Shown here in pieces: positions 27,901 through 40,900 of a stretch of 64,000 bases of DNA (position 1 is its first letter; every line of letters starts with the position of its first letter). The translations under genes were made by a program, and so were the position numbers. The DNA comes from the human T2T-CHM13v2.0 reference genome, Homo sapiens. The notes under the pieces were generated by a model. That model saw only the letters and a program-made list of their open reading frames with translations. It made no database searches and was not told the DNA's origin. The stretch is from the NCBI RefSeq assembly GCF_009914755.1, contig NC_060948.1; one strand, written 5' to 3'.

Positions 27901-30900
27901 GGAATGGACAGGAATAGAATGGTCTCGAATTGAATGGAATCGTATGGAATGGCATCAAACGGAATGGAATGGACAGCCACGGAATGGAATGCACTCGAAT
28001 GCAATGGAGTCGAAACTAATGGACTGGAATAGAATGGACTCGACTGGTACGGACTCCAATGGAATGGAATCGAATGGAAGGGAATCGAACGGAATGGACT
28101 CGAAGGGAAAAGACTGCAATGGAAAGGTCTCGAATGGAATGGAAATTAATGGAATGGAATGGAATCGAATGAAATGGAGTCAAAAGGAATGGAATCGAAT
28201 GGCAAGAAATCGAATGTAATGGAATCGCAAGGAATTGATGTGAACGGAACGGAATGGAATGGAATCCAAAGGAATGGAATAGAATGGAATGGAATCGAAT
28301 GGAAAGGACTCGAATGGCAATCACTCGAATAGAATGCAATTTAATAAAATAGGATCAAATGTAATGGAATGGAATGGAAAGGAATCGAAACGAAAGGAAT
28401 GGAGACAGATGGAATGGAATGGAACAGAGAGCAATGGTATAGAATGGAATGGAATCATCTGGAATGGAATTGAATGGAATGGAATAATATGAAATGGAAT
28501 GGAATGGAATGGAATGGAATGCCCTTGAATTAAATGGACTGGAATGGAATGGACTCGAACAGAGTGGAATGGAAAGTGTTGAGATAGAATGGAATGGACT
28601 CCTTTGGAATGGTGTAGTATGCAATGCAATCGACTGTCAGGGAATCAAAAGGAATGTAATCGAATGGATTGGACTGGAATGCAATGGACTCGAATAGATT
28701 GGAAACGGGATGCAAAGGAATGGAATGGAATAGTATGGAATGGAATGGAAAGGAATGGAGTGGAATAGACTAGAGTGGAATGGAATGGACTGGAAAGCAA
28801 TGGACTGGAATGGAACTTTCTTGAATGGACTGGAATCAAACGGAATGGAATGCAATGCAATCAAATGGCATGGAATAAAATAGAATGAAAGAGAATCAAA
28901 TGGAATTGAATCGAATGGAATCGAATGGATTGTAAAGGAATAGAATGGAATGGAATGGAATTGACTCAAATGGAATGGACTAGAATGGAATGGATTCGAA
29001 TGGAAGGCAAAGGAATGGAATCTATTGGAATGGACTGTAATGGAATGGAATGGAAGGGATTGGAATGGACTCGAATGGAATGGACTGCAATAGAAAGGAT
29101 TCGAATGGAATGAAAAAGAATTGAATGGAATAGAACAGAATGGAATCAAATCGAATGAAATGGAATGGAATAGAAAGGAATGGAATGAAATGGAATGGAA
29201 AGGATTCGAATGGAATGCAATCGAATGGAATGGAATCGAACGGAATGGAATAAAATGGAAGAAAACTGGCAAGAAATGGAATCGAAATGAATGGAGTGTT
29301 ATGGAACGGACTCAAAAGGAATTGAATGTAATAGAATGGAGTGGAGTGGACTCGAATATAATGGACTGGAATGGAATGAAATCACATGGAATGGGAACGA
29401 ATGGAATGGAATGGAAAGGAATGGAATCGAATGGAAAGGAATCGAATGGAAGGGAATGAAATTGAATCAACAGGAATGGAAGGGAATAGAATAGACGGTA
29501 ATGGAATGGACTCGAATAGAATGGACACGAATGCTCAAATTGAATGGATTCGAATGGAATGGAAACGAAAGGAATGTCATCGAATGGAATTGAATCGATT
29601 GGAATGAAATCGCATAGAATGGAGTGGAATCAAATGGAATTGAATCGAAAGGAAAGGAAGCGAATGGACTGAAATGAAATGGAATGGAATTGAATGGAAA
29701 GTAATGCAATGGAATAGAATGGAACGAAATTTCACGGAATGGAATCAAACTGAATGGAATCAAATCAATGGAATCTAATCAAATGGAATGGAAAGGAATT
29801 GAATGGAGTAGATTGGATTGGATGGGATTGGAATGAAATGTACTGGAAAGGACTCGAATTTCATGAAACGGAATGGAATGAATTGGAACGGAATGGACTC
29901 GAATGGAATGGAATGTCATGGAATGGCATCGAATGGAATGGCATCAAATGGAATGGAATCGAATGCAATGGAATGTTATGGAATGGAATGGAATGCATTG
30001 GAATGGAATGTCCTCTAATGGAATGGATTCGAGTGGAATGGAATCGAATATAATGGAGTCGAATGAAATGGAATTGAAAGGAATGGGATCGAATAGAATG
30101 GAATATACTGGAATGTAATGTAATGAACACGAATGTAATTGACTGGAATGGAATGTACATGAATGGAAGGTAATCGAATGGAAAGTAATCCAATGGAATA
30201 GAATCTAATGCAATAAAACCGAATCAGATAGAGTAGAATGTAATGGAATGGAGTGCAGTGCAATGGAATGGAATGGAATTGAATGCAATGGAATGGAATG
30301 GAATGGAATGGAATGGAATGGAATGGAATGGAATGGAATGGTATGGAAAGGATAGTAATGGACTGGAGTGAAATGGACTGGAAAGGAATGGACTCAAATT
30401 GAAAGGGCTCGAAAGGAATGGAGTCAAATGGAATGGTCTGGAATGGAATGAACACGAATGTAATGCAATCCAATAGAATGGAATCGAATGGCATGGAATA
30501 TAAAGAAATGGAATCGAAGAGAATGGAAACAAATGGAATGGAATTGAATGGAATGGAATTGAATGGAATGGGAACGAATGGAGTGAAATTGTATGCAGTA
30601 GAAGGGAATAGAATGGAATGCAAGCGAAAGGAAAGGAATGGATTGGAATGGAATGGAATTCATTGGAATGGAAGGGAATGTAGTGTAATGGACAGGCCTG
30701 GAATAAAGTGGAATGCTACGGTCTCGAATGGAATAAAAATGTATGGAATGGAATGCAATGAAACGGAATCGAATGTCATAGAATGTAATGGAATGCAACA
30801 AAATGGAATCCAAAATCATTGACTGGAAAGGCTGGGTGTCGAAAGGAATTGACTCCAATGGAATGGAATCGAATGGAATGGAAGTGAATAGAATCGAACT

Positions 30901-31999
30901 AAATCGAATGGAATGGAATTGATAGGAACGGAATGGAAAGGAATGCAATGATTTGGCATGGAATGGAATCGAATGGCATCGAATGGAATGGAATGGAATG
31001 CAATGGAATGGAATGTATTAGAATGGAATGAACTTTAATGGAATGTACTCGAATGGATTCGACTGGAATGGAATGTTCTGGAAGTGAATGGACTCCAATG
31101 GAATGGATTCAAAAGGAATGGAATCGTACGGAATGGAATCTAATGGAATGGAATTAAATGGAAATGAATCAAATTGAATAGCACGGAATTGAATTGAATG
31201 GAATGGAATGCAATGGAATCTAATGAAACGGAAAGGAAAGGAATGGAATGGAATGGAATGGGCTGGAATGGAAAGGAATCGAAACGAATGGAATGGAATC
31301 GAACTGAAGAGACTGGAATGGAATGCACTGGAATGGAAGGGAGTGTAATGGAAGGTTCTCGAAAAAAATGGAATCGAATGGAATGGAATTGAATGGAACG
31401 GAATAGAGTCGAATGGAATTGAATGGAATGGAATGGACTAGAGTGAAATGGAATCGAACCACAAGGAATGGACAGGAATAGAATGGTCTCGAATTGAATG
31501 GAATCGTATGGAATGGCATCAAACGGAATGGAATGGACAGCCACGGAATGGAATGCACTCGAATGCAATGGAGTCGAAACTAATGGACTGGAATAGAATG
31601 GACTCGACTGGTACGGACTCCAATGGAATGGAATCGAATGGAAGGGAATCGAACGGAATGGACTCGAAGGGAAAAGACTGCAATGGAAAGGTCTCGAATG
31701 GAATGGAAATTAATGGAATGGAATGGAATCGAATGAAATGGAGTCAAAAGGAATGGAATCGAATGGCAAGAAATCGAATGTAATGGAATCGCAAGGAATT
31801 GATGTGAACGGAACGGAATGGAATGGAATCCAAAGGAATGGAATAGAATGGAATGGAATCGAATGGAAAGGACTCGAATGGAAATCACTCGAATAGAATG
31901 CAATTTAATAAAATAGGATCAAATGTAATGGAATGGAATGGAAAGGAATCGAAACGAAAGAAATGGAGACAGATGGAATGGAATAGAACAGAGAGCAAT

Positions 32000-34900
32000 G
32001 GTATAGAATGGAATGGAATCATCTGGAATGGAATTGAATGGAATGGAATAATATGAAATGGAATGGAATGGAATGGAATGGAATGCCCTTGAATTAAATG
32101 GACTGGAATGGAATGGACTCGAACAGAGTGGAATGGAAAGTGTTGAGATAGAATGGAATGGACTCCTTTGGAATGGTGTAGTATGCAATGCAATCGACTG
32201 GCAGGGAATCAAAAGGAATGTAATGGAATGGACTGGACTGGAATGCAATGGACTCGAATAGATTGGAAACGGAATGCAAAGGAATGGAATGGAATAGTAT
32301 GGAATGGAATGGAAAGGAATGGAGTGGAATAGACTAGAGTGGAATGGAATGGACTGGAAAGCAACGGACTGGAATGGATCTTTCTTGAATGGACTGGAAT
32401 CAATCGGAATGGAATGCAATGCAATCAAATGGCATGGAATAAAATAGAATGAAAGAGAATCAAATGGAATTGAATCGAATGGAATCGAATGGATTGGAAA
32501 GGAATAGAATGGAATGGAATGGAATTGACTCAAATGGAATGGACTAGAATGGAATGGATTCGAATGGAAGGCAAAGGAATGGAATCTATTGGAATGGACT
32601 GTAATGGAATGGAATGGAAGGGATTGGAATGGACTCGAATGGAATGGACTGCAATAGAAAGGATTCGAATGGAATGAAAAAGAATTGAATGGAATAGAAC
32701 AGAATGGAATCAAATCGAATGAAATGGAATGGAATAGAAAGGAATGGAATGAAATGGAATGGAAAGGATTCGAATGGAATGCAATCGAATGGAATGGAAT
32801 CGAACGGAATGGAATAAAATGGAAGAAAACTGGCAAGAAATGGAATCGAAATGAATGGAGAGTTATGGAACGGACTCAAAAGGAATTGAATGTAATAGAA
32901 TGGAGTGGAGTGGACTCGAATATAATGGACTGGAATGGAATGAAATCACATGGAATGGGAACGAATGGAATGGAATGGAAAGGAATGGAATCGAATGGAA
33001 AGGAATCGAATGGAAGGGAATGAAATTGAATCAACAGGAATGGAAGGGAATAGAATAGACGGTAATGGAATGGACTCGAATAGAATGGACACGAATGCTC
33101 AAATTGAATGGACTCGAATGGAATGGAAACGAAAGGAATGTCATCGAATGGAATTGAATCGATTGGAATGAAATCGCATAGAATGGAGTGGAATCAAATG
33201 GAATTGAATCGAAAGGAAAGGAAGCGAATGGACTGAAATGAAATGGAATGGAATTGAATGGAAAGTAATGCAATGGAATAGAATGGAACGAAATTTCACG
33301 GAATGGAATCAAACTGAATGGAATCAAATCAATGGAATCCAATCAAATGGAATGGAGTAGATTGGATTGGATGGGATTGGAATGAAATGTACTGGAAAGG
33401 ACTCGAATTTCATGAAACGGAATGCAATGAATTGGAACGGAATGGACTCGAATGGAATGGAATGTCATAGAATGGCATCAAATGGATTGGCATCAAATGG
33501 AATGGAATAGAATGCAATAGAATGCTATGGAATGGAATGGAATGCATTGGAATGGAATGTCCTCTAATGGAATGGATTCGAGTGGAATGGAATCGAATAT
33601 AATGGAGTCGAATGAAATGGAATTGAAAGGAATGGGATCGAATACAATGGAATATACTGGAATGTAATGTAATGAACTCGAATGTAATTGACTGGAATGG
33701 AATGTACATGAATGGAATGTAATCGAATGGAAAGTAATCCAATGGAATAGAATCTAATGCAATAAAATCGACTCAGATAGAGTAGAATGTAATGGAATGG
33801 AGTGCAGTGCAATGGAATGGAATGGAATGGAATGCAATGGAATGGAATGGAATGGAATGGAATGGGATGGAATGGTATGGAATGGATAGTAATGGACTGG
33901 AGTGAAATGGACTGGAATGGAATGGACTCAAATTGAAAGGGCTAGAAAGGAATGGAGTCAAATGGAATGGTCTGGAATGGAATGAACACGAATGTAATGC
34001 AATCCAATAGAATGGAATCGAATGGCATGGAATATAAAGAAATGGAATCGAAGAGAATGGAAACAAATGGAATGGAATTGAATGGAATGGAATTGAATGG
34101 AATGGGAACGAATGGAGTGAAATTGTATGCAGTAGAAGGGAATAGAATGGAATGCAAGCGAAAGGAAAGGAATGGATTGGAATGGAATGGAATTCATTGG
34201 AATGGAAGGGAATGTAGTGTAATGGACAGGCCTGGAATAAAGTGGAATGCTACGGTCTCGAATGGAATAAAAATGTATGGAATGGAAGGCAATGAAACGG
34301 AATCGAATGTCATAGAATGTAATGGAATGCAAAAAAATGGAATCCAAAATCATTGACTGGAAAGGCTGGGTGTCGAAAGGAATTGACTGCAATGGAATGG
34401 AATCGAATGGAATGGAAGTGAATAGAATCGAACTAAATCGAATGGAATGGAATTGATAGGAATGGAATGGAAAGGAATGCAATGATTTGGCATGGAATGG
34501 AATCGAATGGCATAGAATGGAATGGAATGGAATGCAATGGAATGGAATGTATTAGAATGTAATGAACATTAATGGAATGTACTCGAATGGATTCGACTGG
34601 AATGGAATGTTCTGGAAGTGAATGGACTCCAATGGAATGGATTCGAAAGGAATGGAATCGAACGGAATGGATTCTAATGGAATGGAATTAAATGGAAATG
34701 AATCAAATTGAATAGCACGGAATTGAATTGAATGGAATCGAATGCAATGGAATCTAATGAAACGGAAAGGAAAGAATGGAATGGAATAGAATGGGCTGGA
34801 ATGGAAAGGAATCGAAACTAATGGAATGGAATCGAACTGAAGAGACTGGAATGGAATGCACTGGAATGGAAGGGAGTGTAATGGAAGGTTCTCGAAAATA

Positions 34901-37900
34901 ATGGAATCGAATGGAATGGAATTGAATGGAACGGAATAGAGTCGAATGGAATTGAATGGAATGGAATGGACTAGAGTGAAATGGAATCGAACCACAAGGA
35001 ATGGACATGAATAGAATGGTCTCGAATTGAATGGAATCGTATGGAATGGCATCAAACGGAATGGAATGGACAGCCACGGAATGGAATGCACTCGAATGCA
35101 ATGGAGTCGAAACTAATGGACTGGAATAGAATGGACTCGACTGGTACGGACTCCAATGGAATGGAATCGAATGGAAGGGAATCGAACGGAATGGACTCGA
35201 AGGGAAAAGACTGCAATGGAAAGGTCTCGAATGGAATGGAAATTAATGGGATGGAATGGAATCGAATGAAATGGAGTCAAAAGGAATGGAATCGAATGGT
35301 AAGAAATTGAATGTAATGGAATCGCAAGGAATTGATGTGAACGGAACGGAATGGAATGGAATCCAAAGGAATGGAATAGAATGGAATGGAATCGAATGGA
35401 AAGGACTCGAATGGAAATCACTCGAATAGAATGCAATTTAATAAAATAGGATCAAATGTAATGGAATGGAATGGAAAGGAATCGAAACGAAAGGAATGGA
35501 GACAGATGGAATGGAATGGAACAGAGAGCAATGGTATAGAATGGAATGGAATCATCTGGAATGGAATTGAATGGAATGGAATAATATGAAATGGAATGGA
35601 ATGGAATGGAATGCCCTTGAATTAAATGGACTGGAATGGAATGGACTCGAACAGAGTGGAATGGAAAGTGTTGAAATAGAATGGAATGGACTCCTTTGGA
35701 ATGGTCTAGTATGCAATGCAATCGACTGGCAGGGAATCAAAAGGAATGTCATCGAATGGATTGGACTGGAATGCAATGGACTCGAATAGATTGGAAACGG
35801 AATGCAAAGGAATGGAATGGAATAGTATGGAATGCAATGGAAGGGAATGGAGTGGAATAGACTAGAGTGGAATGGAATGGACTGGAAAGCAACGGACTGG
35901 AATGGAACTTTCTTGGATGGACTGGAATCAAACGGAATGGAATGCAATGCAATCAAATGGCATGGAATAAAATAGAATGAAAGAGAATCAAATGGAATTG
36001 AATCGAATGGAATCGAATGGATTGGAAAGGAATAGAATGGAATGGAATGGAATTGACTCAAATGGAATGGACTAGAATGGAATGGATTCGAATGGAAGGC
36101 AAAGGAATGGAATCTATTGGAATGGACTGTAATGGAATGGAATGGAAGGGATTGGAATGGACTCGAATGGAATGGACTGCAATAGAAAGGATTCGAATGG
36201 AATGAAAAAGAATTGAATGGAATAGAACAGAATGGAATCAAATCGAATGAAATGGAATGGAAAAGAAAGGAATGGAATGAAATGGAATGGAAAGGATTCG
36301 AATGGAATGCAATCGAATGGAATGGAATCGAGTGGAATGGAATAAAATGGAAGAAAACTGGCAAGAAATGGAATCGAAATGAATGGAGTGTTATGGAACG
36401 GACTCAAAAGGAATTGAATGTAATAGAATGGAGTGGAGTGGAATCGAATATAATTGACTGGAATGGAATGAAATCACATGGAATGGGAACGAATGGAATG
36501 GAATGGAAAGGAATGGAATCGAATGGAAAGGAATCGAATGGAAGGGAATGAAATTGAATCAACACGAATGGAAGGGAATAGAATAGACTGTAATGGAATG
36601 GACTCGAATAGAATGGACACGAATGCTCAAATTAAATGGACTCGAATGGAATGGAAACGAAAGGAATGTCATCGGATGGAATTGAATCGATTGTAATGAA
36701 ATCGCATAGAATGGAGTGGAATCAAATGGAATTGAATCGAAAGGAAAGGAAGCGAATGGACTGAAATGAAATGGAATGGAATTGAATGGAAAGTAATGCA
36801 ATGGAATAGAATGGAACGAAATTTCACGGAATGGAATCAAACTGAATGGAATCAAATCAATGGAATCAAATCAAATGGAATGGAAAGGAATTGAATGGAG
36901 TAGATGGGATTGGATGGGATTGGAATGAAATGTACTGGAAAGGACTCGAATTTCATGAAACGGAATGGAATGAATTGGAACGGAATGGACTCGAATGGAA
37001 TGGAATGTCATGGGATGGCATCAAATGGAATGGCATCAAATGGAATGGAATCGAATGCAATGGAATGCTATGGAATGGAATGGAATGCATTGGAATGGAA
37101 TGTCCTCTAATGGAATGGATTCGAGTGGAATGGAATTGAATATAATGGAGTCGAATGAAACGGAATTGAAAGGAATGGGATCGAATACAATGGAATATAC
37201 TGGAATGTAACGTAATGAACTCGAATGTAATTGACTGGAATGGAATGTACATGAATGGAATATAATCGAATGGAAAGTAATCCAATGGAATAGAATCTAA
37301 TGCAATAAAATCGACTCAGATAGAGTAGAATGTAATGGAATGGAGTGCAGTGCAATGGAATGGAATGGAATGGAATGCAATTGAATGGAATGGAATGGAA
37401 TGGAATGGGATGGAATGGTATGTAATGGATAGTAATGGACTGGAGTGAAATGGACTGGAAAGGAATGGACTCAAATTGAAAGGGCTCGAAAGGAATGGAG
37501 TCAAATGGAATGGTCTGGAATGGAATGAACACGAATGTAATGCAATCCAATAGAATGGAATCGAATGGCATGGAATATAAAGAAATGGAATCGAAGAGAA
37601 TGGAAACAAATGGAATGGAATTGAATGGAATGGAATTGAATGGAATGGGAACGAATGGAGTGAAATTGTATGCAGTAGAAGAGAATAGAATGGAATGCAA
37701 GCGAAAGGAAGGGAATGGATTGGAATGGAATGGAATTCATTGGAATGGAAGGGAATGTAGTGTAATGGACAGGCCTGGAATAAAGTGGAATGCTACGGTC
37801 TCGAATGGAATAAAAATGTATGGAATGGAATGCAATGAAACGGAATCGAATGTCATAGAATGTAATGGAATGCAACAAAATGGAATCCAAAATCATTGAC

Positions 37901-40900
37901 TGGAAAGGCTGGGTGTCGAAAGGAATTGACTCCAATGGAATGGAATCGAATGGAATGGAAGTGAATAGAATCGAACTAAATCGAATGGAATGGAATTGAT
38001 AGGAACGGAATGGAAAGGAATGCAATGATTTGGCATGGAATGGAATCGAATGGCATCGAATGGAATGGAATGGAATGCAATGGAATGGAATGTATTAGAA
38101 TGTAATGAACATTAATGGAATGTACTCGAATGGATTCGACTGGAATGGAATGTTCTGGAAGTGAATGGACTCCAATGGAATGGATTCGAAAGGAATGGAA
38201 TCGAACGGAATGGAATCTAATGGAATGGAATTAAATGGAAATGAATCAAATTGAATAGCACGGAATTGAATTGAATGGAATCAAATGCAATGGAATCTAA
38301 TGAAACGGAAAGGAAAGAATGGAATGGAATAGAATGGGCTGGAATGGAAAGGAATCGAAACGAATGGAATGGAATCGAACTGAAGAGACTGGAATGGAAT
38401 GCACTGGAATGGAAGGGAGTGTAATGGAAGGTTCTCGACAAAAATGGAATCGAATGGAATGGAATTGATTGGAACGGAATAGAGTCGAATGGAATTGAAT
38501 GGAATGGAATGGACTAGAGTGAAATGGAATCGAACCACAAGGAATGGACAGGAATAGAATGGTCTCGAATTGAATGGAATCGTATGGAATGGCATCAAAC
38601 GGAATGGAATGGACAGCCACGGAATGGAATGCACTCGAATGCAATGGAGTCGAAACTAATGGACTGGAATAGAATGGACTCGACTGGTACGGACTCCAAT
38701 GGAATGGAATCGAATGGAAGGGAATCGAACGGAATGGACTCGAAGGGAAAAGACTGCAATGGAAAGGTCTCGAATGGAATGGAAATTAATGGAATGGAAT
38801 GGAATCGAATGAAATGGAGTCAAAAGGAATGGAATCGAATGGCAAGAAATCGAATGTAATGGAATCGCAAGGAATTGATGTGAACGGAACGGAATGGAAT
38901 GGAATCCAAAGGAATGGAATAGAATGGAATGGAATCGAATGGAAAGGACTCGAATGGAAATCACTCGAATAGAATGCAATTTAATAAAATAGGATCAAAT
39001 GTAATAGAATGGAATGGAAAGGAATCGAAACGGAAGGAATGGAGACAGATGGAATGGAATGGAACAGAGAGCAATGGTATAGAATGGAATGGAATCATCT
39101 GGAATGGAATTGAATGGAATGGAATAATATGAAATGGAATGGAATGGAATGGAATGGAATGCCCTTGAATTAAATGGACTGGAATGGAATGGACTCGAAC
39201 AGAGTGGAATGGAAAGTGTTGAGATAGAATGGAATGGACTCATTTGGAATGGTGTAGTATGCAATGCAATCGACTGGCAGGGAATCAAAAGGAATGTAAT
39301 CGAATGGATTGGACTGGAATGCAATGGATTCGAATAGATTGCAAACGGAATGCAAAGGAATGGAATGGAATAGTATGGAATGGAATGGAAAGGAATGGAG
39401 TGGAATAGACTAGAGTGGAATGGAATGGACTGGAAAGCAATGGACTGGAATGGAACTTTCTTGAATGGACTGGAATCAAACGGAATGGAATGCAATGCAA
39501 TCAAATGGCATGGAATAAAATAGAATGAAAGAGAATCAAATGGAATTGAATCGAATGGAATCGAATGGATTGGAAAGGAATAGAATGGAATGGAATGGAA
39601 TTGACTCAAATGGAATGGACTAGAATGGAATGGATTCGAATGGAAGGCAAAGGAATGGAATCTATTGGAATGGACTGTAATGGAATGGAATGGAAGGGAT
39701 TGGAATGGACTCGAATGGAATGGACTGCAATAGAAAGGATTCGAATGGAATGAAAAAGAATTGAATGGAATAGAACAGAATGGAATCAAATCGAATGAAA
39801 TGGAATGGAAAAGAAAGGAATGGAATGAAATGGAATGGAAAGGATTCGAATGGAATGCAATCGAATGGAATGGAATCGAGTGGAATGGAATAAAATGGAA
39901 GAAAACTGGCAAGAAATGGAATCGAAATGAATGGAGTGTTATGGAACGGACTCAAAAGGAATTGAATGTAATAGAATGGAGTGGAGTGGAATCGAATATA
40001 ATGGACTGGAATGGAATGAAATCACATGGAATGGGAACGAATGGAATGGAATGGAAAGGAATGGAATCGAATGGAAAGGAATCGAATGGAAGGGAATGAA
40101 ATTGAATCAACACGAATGGAAGGGAATAGAATAGACTGTAATGGAATGGACTCGAATAGAATGGACACGAATGCTCAAATTAAATGGACTCGAATGGAAT
40201 GGAAACGAAAGGAATGTCATCGGATGGAATTGAATCGATTGGAATGAAATCGCATAGAATGGAGTGGAATCAAATGGAATTGAATCGAAAGGAAAGGAAG
40301 CGAATGGACTGAAATGAAATGGAATGGAATTGAATGGAAAGTAATGCAATGGAATAGAATGGAACGAAATTTCACGGAATGGAATCAAACTGAATGGAAT
40401 CAAATCAATGGAATCAAATCAAATGGAATGGAAAGGAATTGAATGGAGTAGATGGGATTGGATGGGATTGGAATGAAATGTACAGGAAAGGACTCGAATT
40501 TCATGAAACGGAATGGAATGAATTGGAACGGAATGGACTCGAATGGAATGGAATGTCATGGGATGGCATCAAATGGAATGGCATCAAATGGAATGGAATC
40601 GAATGCAATGGAATGCTATGGAATGGAATGGAATGCATTGGAATGGAATGTCCTCTAATGGAATGGATTCGAGTGGAATGGAATTGAATATAATGGAGTC
40701 GAATGAAACGGAATTGAAAGGAATGGGATCGAATACAATGGAATATACTGGAATGTAACGTAATGAACTCGAATGTAATTGACTGGAATGGAATGTACAT
40801 GAATGGAATATAATCGAATGGAAAGTAATCCAATGGAATAGAATCTAATGCAATAAAATCGACTCAGATAGAGTAGAATGTAATGGAATGGAGTGCAGTG

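Larger units (their letters stand above)
1..31999 (+). repeat. Homogeneous DYZ1 sub-block A (units 1-9)
   Basis: By eye, units differ only by a few SNVs, the copy number of two GGAAT tracts and two 1-bp deletions. Shared alleles: AAAACCGAATCAG, GAACACGAATGTAATTGAC, GGAAGGTAATC, GATCGAATAGAATGG, GAATGTTATGG. Confidence 0.85.
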
